A stretch of DNA of 52,055 nt from an uncultured Lutibacter sp. (lineage in GTDB: Bacteria > Bacteroidota > Bacteroidia > Flavobacteriales > Flavobacteriaceae), in NCBI GenBank assembly GCA_964619615.1, contig CAZUFO010000001.1, positions 1 through 52,055 of the forward strand, given 5' to 3'. The notes beneath the pieces were generated by a model that saw only the letters and a program-made list of their open reading frames with translations, ran no database searches and was not told where the DNA came from. The translations under genes were made by a program, and so were the position numbers. Position 1 is the first letter of the stretch. Every line of letters begins with the position of its first letter. Positions 19,534 through 29,176 of this stretch are shown here, piece by piece.

Positions 19534-19608
19534 ATTTTATTCCTTCTTTTCGAATTAACAAAACCTTAATTCAATCGTCTGGTAAAAAAAGTACCTTTAC
19601 ATTAAAAA

Positions 19609-21135
19609 ATGAAAATGAAAAACCTCATCTATTCAATCACTATACTACTAAGTTCAAGTGTTTATTGTTTAGCACAAGAATCTATAAGTGCAACTTTAAT
19701 AGATTCAACTTTACAAAAACCAGTTCCTTTTGCCACTATTACTTTAAATAATTCTTATGGTGTTGTAAGTAATTCTTCGGGGTATTTTTTACTTCACTTC
19801 AATAAAGAAATTACCAAACACGACTCCTTATTTATTAGTTGCATGGGGTTTGAAACCAAACATATTGCTTTAAAAAACTTCAAGGATTCCTTAATAACTT
19901 TAAATGCAAAAACTTTTGAGTTGAATGAGGTTTTGATTACAAACGAAAACTTAACTGCTGATGAAATCATATCAAAAGTAAAAGAAAATTTAAATTCTAA
20001 TTATGACTTTGATTATTTAAAAAGTACCGTTTTTTATCGGGAATCTAATTTTACAAATGTTTTAAAAAAAGAAGTAAAAATAAAGAAAACGACCATTCCA
20101 GAATTTAATCAACAATTTTTTGATAGCATTACAAACTCAATGCCCTCAAAATCTCATTATTATTCTGAACTTTTAGGAGTTAAATACAGACATTACAAAC
20201 AAGATGGAGAACAGAAATTAGACATCTTAAAAGCATCTGAACTATATGATAAAAACAATGAAATTACGTTTAATAGTTTTGAAGAACGCATCAATTCAAT
20301 TATAAGGAAAAACGTGAAACCAGACTCTTATTTCAAAATTAAATCAGGGGTTTTTGGCTCAAAAGAAGAAATAGATTCTACCATATTTAATAGTGCAATT
20401 GATAAAGAATCATCACAGTTTATTGAAGAGCAGCGAAAAAAAGAGAAAGCGAAAAAAGCTAATTTTTTAAGAACCCGCCTAAATTCTATGACAAAATTGG
20501 AAAAGAAAAGTTTAATTTTTGAAGAGTCTCCTCTCAATTTTCTTAATAAATCTAGCAAGTATAAATTCGAACTGGTAGATTATGTTTTTTTAAATGAAAA
20601 ATATGTTTACAAAATCTCTTTCACACCAAAAAGAAACGCTGAATATAAAGGGGTGCTTTATATTAATTTAGAAGATTTTGCCATTGAAAGGTTTGACTAT
20701 GAAAATGTAAAAGCGCTAAAAAGTTTTAGCCTTTTAGGGATTTCATATAAATACACTTTACATCAAGGCACATACATTTATACAAAAAACGAAAAAAATA
20801 AATATGTATTAAAATACGCCGAAACAGTAAGCGAAAATACTTTTGGGGTTGACAGACCTCTAAAAATTATTGAAAAAAACAAACATGTTAAAGGTAGAAG
20901 AAAACAAAATGAAATTTCTGCTACTATTAATTTCACCATATTAAATAGAGAAAAAAGAGAGTTGGTGAGTTTTGAGAGTACATCTATTACAAAATATGAG
21001 TTCAATAATTTTAAAGAAAAAGCGAATGTTAGCGCAACTTACTTACCCGTTTACGATCCGGATTTTTGGAAAGGATACGACGTTATAGAACCAAATAAAG
21101 CCATTAAATCATTTAAAAGTATTGAATCTTTTTAA
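19609..21135 (+). CDS. Exported protein with N-terminal carboxypeptidase-regulatory-like domain
   Basis: Signal peptide; PVPFATI, SNSSGYF.L, ISCMGF, LNEV.I pattern; FYRE; C-terminal YDPDFWKGY. Confidence 0.75.
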   Translation: MKMKNLIYSITILLSSSVYCLAQESISATLIDSTLQKPVPFATITLNNSYGVVSNSSGYFLLHFNKEITKHDSLFISCMGFETKHIALKNFKDSLITLNAKTFELNEVLITNENLTADEIISKVKENLNSNYDFDYLKSTVFYRESNFTNVLKKEVKIKKTTIPEFNQQFFDSITNSMPSKSHYYSELLGVKYRHYKQDGEQKLDILKASELYDKNNEITFNSFEERINSIIRKNVKPDSYFKIKSGVFGSKEEIDSTIFNSAIDKESSQFIEEQRKKEKAKKANFLRTRLNSMTKLEKKSLIFEESPLNFLNKSSKYKFELVDYVFLNEKYVYKISFTPKRNAEYKGVLYINLEDFAIERFDYENVKALKSFSLLGISYKYTLHQGTYIYTKNEKNKYVLKYAETVSENTFGVDRPLKIIEKNKHVKGRRKQNEISATINFTILNREKRELVSFESTSITKYEFNNFKEKANVSATYLPVYDPDFWKGYDVIEPNKAIKSFKSIESF

Positions 21136-21176
21136 TTAAATATCATATCTTTGTTTAAACTAAAAAATTAACTACA

Positions 21177-21644
21177 ATGAAAAATTTACTTACATTATTA
21201 TTTGTTTTCGTACTTACCGTAGGATTATCAATTTCAACAAGTGCACAAGAAGTCAAAAAACTTTTAGACAAAAGTGAAGGGAGTCATGGAAACGCATTAA
21301 ACTTATTTTTCGGATTTGGGAATGATTTTACAGTTAATGGGCATTATGAATTTGGTTTAACAAATGATATTACAGTTTCTCCCGTTGCAAGAATTCGATT
21401 TGGAGACAATACTGGTTTGGCCTTAGGAGCGAGAGCCGATTTCTATTTTGATCGTTTATTAAAACTCACACAACCATGGGATATTTATGCCGGTGTAGAT
21501 GCTATGTTTGATTTTGATACCGATTTTGATATTCATGGTCACATGGGTGTTGAATATTTATTTACTAGTAAATGGGGACTAATTGCAGAATTTGGATTTG
21601 GTGATATTTCTTCAGGTTCTTTAGGCGTAGGCATACATTTTTAA
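21177..21644 (+). CDS. Small outer-membrane beta-barrel protein
   Basis: Signal peptide, alternating beta strands, terminal GVGIHF. Confidence 0.7.
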   Translation: MKNLLTLLFVFVLTVGLSISTSAQEVKKLLDKSEGSHGNALNLFFGFGNDFTVNGHYEFGLTNDITVSPVARIRFGDNTGLALGARADFYFDRLLKLTQPWDIYAGVDAMFDFDTDFDIHGHMGVEYLFTSKWGLIAEFGFGDISSGSLGVGIHF

Positions 21645-21714
21645 TCTATTTCGCACAACATAAATCAAAGGTTTTTTATTTAGTAATTTTGCTAAGACTC
21701 CTAAAAATAATAGT

Positions 21715-22323
21715 ATGCTAATAATTGGTATTGCCGGCGGAACAGGAAGTGGTAAAACAACTGTTGTTCAACAAATTTTAAATGAATTACCTGAAAATGA
21801 AGTTGGAGTAATTTCTCAAGATCATTACTACAAAGAAACTAATGAGTTAAGTTATGAGCAGCGTACAAAAATAAATTTTGACCATCCAAATTCAATAGAT
21901 TTTGATTTATTAGTTCAGCAGTTAAGTAAACTAAAAACAGGTGAAGTTATTGATCAACCTATTTATTCATTTGTTACACATAATAGAACTAAGGATACGG
22001 TAAAAACACATCCAACAAAAGTGCTGATTGTAGAAGGAATTCTTATATTTAACAATGTTGAATTACGTAATTTATGTGACATCAAAATATTTGTACATGC
22101 TGATGCCGATGAGCGATTAATTCGTCGTTTAAAACGTGATATTCAAGAGCGTGGTCGAGATTTAAATGAAGTGTTAAACAGATACAAAAACACACTTAAA
22201 CCAATGCACAATCAATTTATTGAACCCACAAAAAACTTTGCCGATATTATTATCCCTAATGATAGATACAACACCGTTGCAGTTGATATTGTTAGAACTG
22301 TAATTGCTGAGAAACTTTCGTAA
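21715..22323 (+). CDS. udk: Uridine kinase
   Basis: IGIAGGTGSGKTT, NFDHP, RRLKRD..ERGR, FIEPTK. Confidence 0.96.
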   Translation: MLIIGIAGGTGSGKTTVVQQILNELPENEVGVISQDHYYKETNELSYEQRTKINFDHPNSIDFDLLVQQLSKLKTGEVIDQPIYSFVTHNRTKDTVKTHPTKVLIVEGILIFNNVELRNLCDIKIFVHADADERLIRRLKRDIQERGRDLNEVLNRYKNTLKPMHNQFIEPTKNFADIIIPNDRYNTVAVDIVRTVIAEKLS

Positions 22324-22324
22324 A

Positions 22325-22645
22325 ATGACTTTAAAACAATTAAAGGAAAACAAATTTTTGCGTTTCATAAGCAATCGATATGTAATTATATTTATTGCTT
22401 TTGCCGTTTGGATGCTTTTTTTTGATGAAAACTCTTTTTTTGTTGATCGAAAATTCAACCAAACCATAGACAAGTTAGAAGCCGACAAAGAATTTTATTT
22501 AAAAGAAATTAAAAAAGATACCCAAAAAATAAATGAATTAGAAAATCTAGAAAAATTAGACAAGTTTGCCCGTGAAGAATACAAGATGAAAAAGGAGAAT
22601 GAAGATATCTATATAATTGAATTCGACACCATCAAAAAGAAATAA
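22325..22645 (+). CDS. FtsB/DivIC-like septum formation initiator
   Basis: TM segment ending WMLFFDENS, coiled coil, KFAREEY.MKK.NED. Confidence 0.85.
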   Translation: MTLKQLKENKFLRFISNRYVIIFIAFAVWMLFFDENSFFVDRKFNQTIDKLEADKEFYLKEIKKDTQKINELENLEKLDKFAREEYKMKKENEDIYIIEFDTIKKK

Positions 22646-22647
22646 GT

Positions 22648-24015
22648 ATGAGCACTTTTTTGTTTGATGATTTTACTCCTATTCCAGAAAAACAATGGAA
22701 ACAAAAAATTCAATTCGATCTTAAAGGTAAAGATTACAACGAAACACTTTTAACGCATACCATTGATGGCATTACTATCAACCCAATTTACCATAAAGAT
22801 TCGTATCAGCAATTAAATACTACTTCTAATCTTGTAGATTTTAATATTTGTCAGTCTATTTTTATTGCTGATGAAAAAATTGCGAATTATATTGCAATTA
22901 ATGCATTAAAAAAAGGAGCAAACAGCATTTTGTTTAAAGCCTCCGAACCTTTTGATATTACAGTCGTTTTAAAAGATATTCCTACGAATTCAGAAATTCA
23001 ATTTGACCTGCTATTTTTATCTGAAAGTTTTATTGACGATCTGATAAAACATACAAAAAATTTCAACTTATTTTTAAATATTGACCCAATTGGTCATCAA
23101 ACTAAAACCGGTAATTGGTTTCATTCAATTCAAAAAGATTTTGAAATTCTTAATAATTTAAATGCCAAAACAAATTCTGACACCACCACTTTAAGCATCA
23201 ATACCACTCAATATCAAAATGCGGGCGCAACTATTATTCAACAAGTTGCTTATGCGTTATCTCACGGATATGAGTATTTGAATTATATTTATAATCACAA
23301 TTCAGACATAAAAACGCTTCCAATTAACGTTTCTTTTTCTGTTGGAAGTAATTATTTTTTCGAAATTGCTAAATTGAAAGCCTTTCGATATTTGTGGAGA
23401 TTAATTACTGCTAATTTTGACATTGAAAGTCAACTTCATATTACCGCAATTCCAACCAAACGCAATAAAACTATTTATGATTACAACACCAATATGCTAC
23501 GGACAACCTCCGAATATATGAGTGCCATTTTAGGTGGTGCTGATACTATTTGTAGTTTGGCGTACGATAGTGTTTATCACAAAAAGAACGAGTTTGGAGA
23601 ACGAATTGCAAGAAATCAACTATTGATTCTAAAAGAAGAAAGTTATTTTAAAAACGCCAATGAATTTGCAAACGGAAGTTATTATATAGAATCTTTAACC
23701 AAAGAAATTGCTGAAAAAGCACTAGCACTTTTTAAAGATATTGAACAAAATGGCGGATTCTTAAAACAACTGAAAGAAGGAACTATACAGCGAAAAATAA
23801 AAGAAGTTGCAACTAAAGAACAGCAGCTATTTGATAATGGAAAATTGGTAATTCTCGGCACCAATAAACATCCGAATAAAGAAGACCGGATGAAAGACGA
23901 GCTCGAAATTTATCCGTTTGTAAAAACCAACCCGATAAAAACATTAATTGAACCTATTATTCAAAAAAGATTATCAGAAAAACTAGAACAAGAGCGATTG
24001 AAAAATGAAGCGTAA
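22648..24015 (+). CDS. Methylmalonyl-CoA mutase small (beta) subunit
   Basis: [41 protein letters not shown]; overlaps large subunit gene. Confidence 0.9.
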   Translation: MSTFLFDDFTPIPEKQWKQKIQFDLKGKDYNETLLTHTIDGITINPIYHKDSYQQLNTTSNLVDFNICQSIFIADEKIANYIAINALKKGANSILFKASEPFDITVVLKDIPTNSEIQFDLLFLSESFIDDLIKHTKNFNLFLNIDPIGHQTKTGNWFHSIQKDFEILNNLNAKTNSDTTTLSINTTQYQNAGATIIQQVAYALSHGYEYLNYIYNHNSDIKTLPINVSFSVGSNYFFEIAKLKAFRYLWRLITANFDIESQLHITAIPTKRNKTIYDYNTNMLRTTSEYMSAILGGADTICSLAYDSVYHKKNEFGERIARNQLLILKEESYFKNANEFANGSYYIESLTKEIAEKALALFKDIEQNGGFLKQLKEGTIQRKIKEVATKEQQLFDNGKLVILGTNKHPNKEDRMKDELEIYPFVKTNPIKTLIEPIIQKRLSEKLEQERLKNEA

Positions 24016-26071
24016 AGACGTACAACATATCAAAATAGAGACTAAAAATTCTAGGCTTGAAACTAAAAGTTTTGAGCATGAAGATTTTGTTGCTGGTATT
24101 CCACCTTTTTTGCGTGGCCCGTATTCTACAATGTATGTCCGCCGACCGTGGACAATCCGTCAATATGCTGGCTTTTCAACTGCAAAAGAGAGCAATGCCT
24201 TTTATAGGCGAAACTTAGAAGCAGGCCAAAAAGGATTGTCAGTTGCATTTGATTTGGCAACACATCGCGGTTATGATTCTGATCACGAACGCGTACAAGG
24301 CGATGTTGGAAAAGCAGGTGTAGCAATTGATTCCGTTGAAGATATGAAAATTTTGTTCGATCAAATTCCGTTAGATCAAATGTCGGTTTCTATGACAATG
24401 AACGGAGCAGTATTACCAATCTTGGCGTTTTATATTGTTGCTGCAGAAGAGCAAGGTGCTGACATTGAATTATTATCTGGCACAATTCAAAATGATATTT
24501 TAAAGGAATTTATGGTGCGTAACACCTATATCTACCCACCAAATCAATCCATGAAAATTATTGCGGATATTTTTGATTTCACCACTAAAAATATGCCGAA
24601 ATTTAACAGCATTTCAATTTCTGGGTATCACATGCAAGAGGCTGGAGCAACACCAGAAATAGAATTAGCGTACACGTTGGCGGATGGTCTAGAATATATT
24701 AAAACTGGCTTAGCAACCGGAATGAAAATTGACGACTTCGCTCCTCGCCTTTCCTTCTTTTGGGCGATTGGAATGGATCACTTTAGAGAAATTGCGAAGC
24801 TTAGAGCTGCACGATTGTTATGGGCAAAAATTGTAAAACAATTCAATCCGAAAAATCCAAAATCATTAGCATTACGAACGCATTGCCAAACTAGCGGATG
24901 GAGCTTAACAGCTCAAGACCCTTTTAACAATGTTGCGAGAACAACCATTGAGGCAATGGCTGCTGTTTTTGGCGGCACCCAAAGTTTACATACAAATGCA
25001 TTGGACGAAGCCATTGCATTACCGACTGATTTTTCTGCAAGAATTGCAAGAAATACTCAAATTTATTTACAAGAAGAAACACAAATTACAAAAACGGTAG
25101 ATCCTTGGGCTGGCAGTTATTATGTAGAATCTTTAACGGAAGAATTAGTCTCGAAAGCTTGGGAATTAATGCAAGAAGTTGAAGAACTTGGCGGAATGAC
25201 AAAAGCCATTGAGAAAGGGATTCCGAAACTTAAAATTGAAGAAGCATCAGCAAAAAAACAAGCACGAATTGATAGTGAGCGAGATACTATTGTTGGCGTG
25301 AATGCATATAAACTTAAAAAAGAGGATGACTTACATATCTTAGAAGTAGATAATGATGCCGTTAGAAATTCTCAAGTACAACGCTTAAATCAATTAAAAA
25401 ACAACAGAAATTCTGACTCCGTACAACAAAATTTAGAGGATTTAACTGCTTGTGCAAAATCAGGTAACGGAAATTTATTAGATTTAGCAATAAAGGCTGC
25501 TCGAAACAGAGCTACATTAGGCGAGATCTCAACAGCATTAGAAACAATTTTCGGTAGATACAAAGCAACCACAAACACCATTTCAGGCGTGTATAGTAAA
25601 GAAATAAAAAACGATAAACACTTTCAACTGGCTTCAGAATTAGCAAACAAATTTGCAGAATTAGATGGTAGAAGACCACGAATTATGGTCGCCAAAATGG
25701 GGCAAGACGGCCATGATAGAGGTGCTAAAATTGTCGCCACCAGTTTTGCAGATTTAGGGTTTGATGTTGATATTAGTCCGCTATTTCAAACACCTAAAGA
25801 AGTTGCCAAACAAGCAGTTGAAAACGATGTGCATGTTTTAGGAGTTTCTTCATTGGCTGCAGGTCATAAAACATTAGTTCCTCAAGTAATTTCAGCCCTT
25901 AAAAATTATGGCCGAGAAGATATTAAAGTAATTGCGGGTGGTGTAATTCCACCTCAAGATTATGAATACTTATTCAACGCTGGCGTGGTTGGTGTATTTG
26001 GTCCTGGAACAAAAATTGCCAAAGCGGCCATTGACATTTTGCAATTATTGATAGAAAATTTGAATGACTGA
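24005..26071 (+). CDS. scpA: Methylmalonyl-CoA mutase (B12-dependent) large subunit
   Basis: [18 protein letters not shown] cobalamin-binding motif, SSLAAGH. Confidence 0.97.
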   Translation: MKRKDVQHIKIETKNSRLETKSFEHEDFVAGIPPFLRGPYSTMYVRRPWTIRQYAGFSTAKESNAFYRRNLEAGQKGLSVAFDLATHRGYDSDHERVQGDVGKAGVAIDSVEDMKILFDQIPLDQMSVSMTMNGAVLPILAFYIVAAEEQGADIELLSGTIQNDILKEFMVRNTYIYPPNQSMKIIADIFDFTTKNMPKFNSISISGYHMQEAGATPEIELAYTLADGLEYIKTGLATGMKIDDFAPRLSFFWAIGMDHFREIAKLRAARLLWAKIVKQFNPKNPKSLALRTHCQTSGWSLTAQDPFNNVARTTIEAMAAVFGGTQSLHTNALDEAIALPTDFSARIARNTQIYLQEETQITKTVDPWAGSYYVESLTEELVSKAWELMQEVEELGGMTKAIEKGIPKLKIEEASAKKQARIDSERDTIVGVNAYKLKKEDDLHILEVDNDAVRNSQVQRLNQLKNNRNSDSVQQNLEDLTACAKSGNGNLLDLAIKAARNRATLGEISTALETIFGRYKATTNTISGVYSKEIKNDKHFQLASELANKFAELDGRRPRIMVAKMGQDGHDRGAKIVATSFADLGFDVDISPLFQTPKEVAKQAVENDVHVLGVSSLAAGHKTLVPQVISALKNYGREDIKVIAGGVIPPQDYEYLFNAGVVGVFGPGTKIAKAAIDILQLLIENLND

Positions 26072-26107
26072 TCTTCAATAAAGAAACAAAAAAATATTAT
26101 AAAAGAA

Positions 26108-26178
26108 TGTTAGTCTGAGCCTGTCGAAGACTAATTTAGTATTTCATATTTTAAAACTTCGACAAACTCAGTTTGACA
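26108..26178. repeat. REP-like doublet (CTGAGCCTGTCGAAG type)
   Basis: TGTTAGTCTGAGCCTGTCGAAGACT ... AAACTTCGACAAACTCAGTTTGACA. Confidence 0.82.
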
Positions 26179-26243
26179 GTAATCCTTGAATTTATATAGT
26201 TTCATTAAAATTCTAACAATTATAAGAAACTACACTTTTTTGA

Positions 26244-26540
26244 TTATAAGTTCAATACACCATTTTCTGCTGCTGCAAAATCATTCCATTTATAAGCATC
26301 TGCTTGTTCGTCGTTTAAATAAACACCATCTGCAATATAACGGAACTCGTATGAAGTATCTTTTTCTAAATCTACTGTTACTTTAAACTTTCCGTTTTTA
26401 AACTTTTTTAAAGGAGTCGCATCTGTATTCCAGTTGTTAAAATTACCTACTGCAACTATTTTTTCCGCTTCTATTCCATCCAATTCAAAAGTTACTTTAC
26501 AAACTGGTTTAGATTTTAAATATTTTTTTTTGATTGCCAT
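26244..26540 (-). CDS. Isoamylase early-set (CBM48-like) domain protein
   Basis: KKYLKSKPVCKVTF, VGNFNNW, YEFRY.ADG..LND. Confidence 0.88.
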   Translation of the reverse strand: MAIKKKYLKSKPVCKVTFELDGIEAEKIVAVGNFNNWNTDATPLKKFKNGKFKVTVDLEKDTSYEFRYIADGVYLNDEQADAYKWNDFAAAENGVLNL

Positions 26541-26780
26541 TTAAGTTTTATTTATAAATTTAACGGCAAAAATATATCTTTATATTCTATTTAGGAAATA
26601 TCAAACTTGTAATAATTCATAATAATAAAAGACAATAATGATAATACCTTAACAAAATTACAGAAATATTAAATATAATCATTTAAAAAATACAATACAT
26701 AAAGAATGTAAAAAAAATAAATTTAATTGTTTTTTGTATTAATATTTATAGTAATTTCGCACTCTCAAATTTTAATTAAA

Positions 26781-26885
26781 ATGAATTCAGCGAAAATAAA
26801 TAAAGCAGAAACAAAACTAGGAGTTAAGACTTATTACTTAACACAATCTAAAACGATAACATGGAATTTGAAGCGTCGCTTTTAA
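26781..26885 (+). CDS. Unannotated 34-aa small protein, copy 1 (MNSAKINKAETKLGVKTYYLTQSKTITWNLKRRF)
   Basis: A-rich start context, promoter-like TAATTTCG upstream, terminator downstream, paralog at 28871 with many synonymous differences. Confidence 0.78.
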   Translation: MNSAKINKAETKLGVKTYYLTQSKTITWNLKRRF

Positions 26886-26929
26886 TCCATATTATTTTAA
26901 ACAAAAAAAAACCTCAATTTGAGGTTTTT
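26856..26929 (+). repeat. 74-bp perfect direct repeat, left copy (includes terminator)
   Basis: Identical to 28947-29020; contains AAAAAAAAACCTC-aattt-GAGGTTTTT. Confidence 0.95.
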
Positions 26930-26963
26930 TTTTGTTTAAAATAATATGCAAACCAATCTCCTT

Positions 26964-27365
26964 TTAACCAAGATCTACTAATTTACTTTTCATTTCAATT
27001 AGTAAATTGTTCACTTCAAATGAAAATTCATTGGAATGTAAAGAATAATATTCGCCTAATTCGATAGCCTTTTCAAGATGTTCTTTTGCTATACTTCCTT
27101 CTTTTATTAAAGAATTGTAATACATCACTTGAGATAGCAATTGTATTTTTTGTAAATAATCAACATTTATATCTGAAAAGAATTTGATGATTTCAGCAAT
27201 GTCAGTTTTAAGAAAAAAAGAAACATTGTTACCAAAAAGTTTGTAGGTTTCAGCAATTTGTATTTTAGCTAGTTCCGTTTCGCCACTTTCTATATTATTC
27301 AAAATTTTGTTCATGGAATCTATTAACAACTGAAATAACCGCATTAAATAATCTTTTTCAATCAT
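26964..27365 (-). CDS. Hypothetical helical protein (133 aa)
   Basis: Intact ORF starting MIEKDYLMRL. Confidence 0.7.
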   Translation of the reverse strand: MIEKDYLMRLFQLLIDSMNKILNNIESGETELAKIQIAETYKLFGNNVSFFLKTDIAEIIKFFSDINVDYLQKIQLLSQVMYYNSLIKEGSIAKEHLEKAIELGEYYSLHSNEFSFEVNNLLIEMKSKLVDLG

Positions 27366-27449
27366 AACTGTTACTTAGATTTTATCAATTTTTAAATCTG
27401 TAATAATTAAGAAGAAACACAAATGGCAATTGCATAACAAGTATAAAAA

Positions 27450-27575
27450 CTATTTATTAATTTCAGTGGGCGGCTTTCCAAATAATCCTGCTTTAAAATT
27501 TTCCCAATCAGAAAATATTGCATTCAAAAAAATAAAAGTGAATATTCCGATGATTATTTTATGTTTCTTTTTCAT
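27450..27575 (-). CDS. Unannotated 41-aa single-TM protein (MKKKHKIIIGIFTFIFLNAIFSDWENFKAGLFGKPPTEINK)
   Basis: Manually translated; basic N-terminus, hydrophobic helix, last gene of the bacteriocin-like run. Confidence 0.72.
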   Translation of the reverse strand: MKKKHKIIIGIFTFIFLNAIFSDWENFKAGLFGKPPTEINK

Positions 27576-27663
27576 GTAGTGTGTTTTCTTTAGCGCAATG
27601 TAATAATTATTTTGCAAATGAAACAGATTATAAGTGCTACTTGCAAAATACTTCTACGGTTAT

Positions 27664-28315
27664 TCATACGGGAGCTAGAGGGAAAAAGAACACCAAAGAT
27701 ATTACCACACAGTTGTATAAGATATGAGAGAAAATGGAATACCTAAACCTAATTAAAACTCTAATAGCAGAAAATAAAAGAGAGGATATAAAAGTTAATG
27801 TAATTAAACCAATTGTGACGATAACCTCCTCTTCTGAATAGTTTTTTAAATGACTTAGTGCAAATAATAGGGTCAATCCATAGAAAATATAACTATACCT
27901 CTCTGAATATATTTTAAAAAAAATATAGTAATACTTTTATTAAAAAGCATATAAAGAATTATAAAAAAACAACTTAAGATTATACTTTCTTTTATTGAAG
28001 GAATGATTAGTAGTGCAGAAATAGGAATAGTCACTAAAAAAACAAAACCAAATACTCTTTTTACTTTTTTTTAGTGGAAGCCTAAAAATAATCTCTTCAA
28101 AAATTGGAATAACTAAGCCTATAATTAAAATTTGTTCTAGAAAGGAGTGTTTAGAAATTAGCGATTCTAACTCACTTGAGTCGGTTTTTGTTATAAATGA
28201 AACAAATAACAAGTTGATGAAAAGATTTATTACTGTGAAAATAAAAACCCATTTTATTTTTAAAATAACTTTTATTATATATTGGAGTTTTTATGAACTT
28301 TATTATTCTTTTCAA
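27664..28315 (-). pseudogene. CPBP/Abi (CAAX protease-like) intramembrane metalloprotease, frameshifted
   Basis: EEIIFR, FALSH, HILYN motifs across fragments; can be rebuilt with three 1-nt indels (~28252, ~28036-42, ~27916-23). Confidence 0.8.
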
Positions 28316-28481
28316 TTTTTTTCTTTCTTTTTTTAATCAAAGGGATAAAAACATCTACAACTAAAACACAAAGAATTAATAGATAGAGTAGTAATTTTCT
28401 AAAAGGAAACTCAATATGCATAAAAGATGCTATAACTACAATTATAAGTAGAGCGTTAAAAAACCATTTTAAATATATCAT
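28275..28481 (-). CDS. 68-aa two-TM membrane protein (possible immunity protein)
   Basis: Two hydrophobic segments and a basic tail; immediately downstream of the precursor. Confidence 0.65.
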   Translation of the reverse strand: MIYLKWFFNALLIIVVIASFMHIEFPFRKLLLYLLILCVLVVDVFIPLIKKRKKKIEKNNKVHKNSNI

Positions 28482-28555
28482 AATTTAATCTGTAAAGGGG
28501 TATCTATGAAGTTAATATGACAGTGAAGTATAGAAACTCCATAGATGTTTTTTAT

Positions 28556-28744
28556 TTAATAAGAGGCGCCAACTGTAATTCCTCCTTGATTAATATAAGT
28601 ATGACCTCCACCATCACAACTCACTTCATGTATTACTGCCATAAGCAGAGCTATTCTTCTAAGCGCTTCAATCCAACCTCCATCAACACTTCTAATCTCC
28701 ATAGCATCCATTTCTTGAACACCGTAATTTTCTAAATTTTTCAT
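28556..28744 (-). CDS. Bacteriocin-like precursor with double-glycine leader
   Basis: MKNLENYGVQEMDAMEIRSVDGG leader followed by a 39-aa Gly-rich, amphipathic core. Confidence 0.8.
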   Translation of the reverse strand: MKNLENYGVQEMDAMEIRSVDGGWIEALRRIALLMAVIHEVSCDGGGHTYINQGGITVGASY

Positions 28745-28870
28745 AATTTAAAGTTTTAAAATTAAACATTTATTTTACCAAAACGCTAAAACGTGCACTT
28801 TTTATTGTTTTGATACTGCTAATGTATGTTTGCTCACTGCACTAACCTTGCAGTCATAAAGTTTTTAATT

Positions 28871-28976
28871 ATGAATACAGTAAGAACAAACAAAGCCGAA
28901 GCTAAATTAGGTGTTAAAACATATTTTTTTAACAAACTCAAAAACTATAACATGGAATTTGAAGCGTCGCTTTTAA
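28871..28976 (+). pseudogene. 34-aa small protein, copy 2, with +1 T in a homopolymer
   Basis: Removing one T from T7 (28924-28930) gives MNTVRTNKAEAKLGVKTYFLTNSKTITWNLKRRF, 27/34 identical to copy 1. Confidence 0.75.
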
Positions 28977-29020
28977 TCCATATTATTTTAAACAAAAAAA
29001 AACCTCAATTTGAGGTTTTT
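28947..29020 (+). repeat. 74-bp perfect direct repeat, right copy
   Basis: Identical to 26856-26929. Confidence 0.95.
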
Positions 29021-29176
29021 CGTTTAAAATCTAGAGCAAACCAATTACACGGTATCTATACTTGTTAATGTATTGAAATTAAAAAACGAATATAATTTTT
29101 TCGTTCTTTTAACTAAAAGTACTATAAAATTATTAGACTTATCCGTACCTTTGCGCAAACATTTTGACGCTTAGAA

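Noticed and set aside
19417-21644. Genomic island integrated at tRNA-Pro
   Set aside because: No integrase and no duplicated tRNA 3' end seen
27435-29067. 11-bp inverted repeat TATACTTGTTA (27435-45 and 29057-67) as invertible-segment ends or attC-like half sites
   Set aside because: Short and AT-rich, expected by chance; no recombinase or complete attC structure
28826-29068. 80-aa ORF in the track
   Set aside because: Product of the +1 T frameshift in small-gene copy 2; it runs through the terminator
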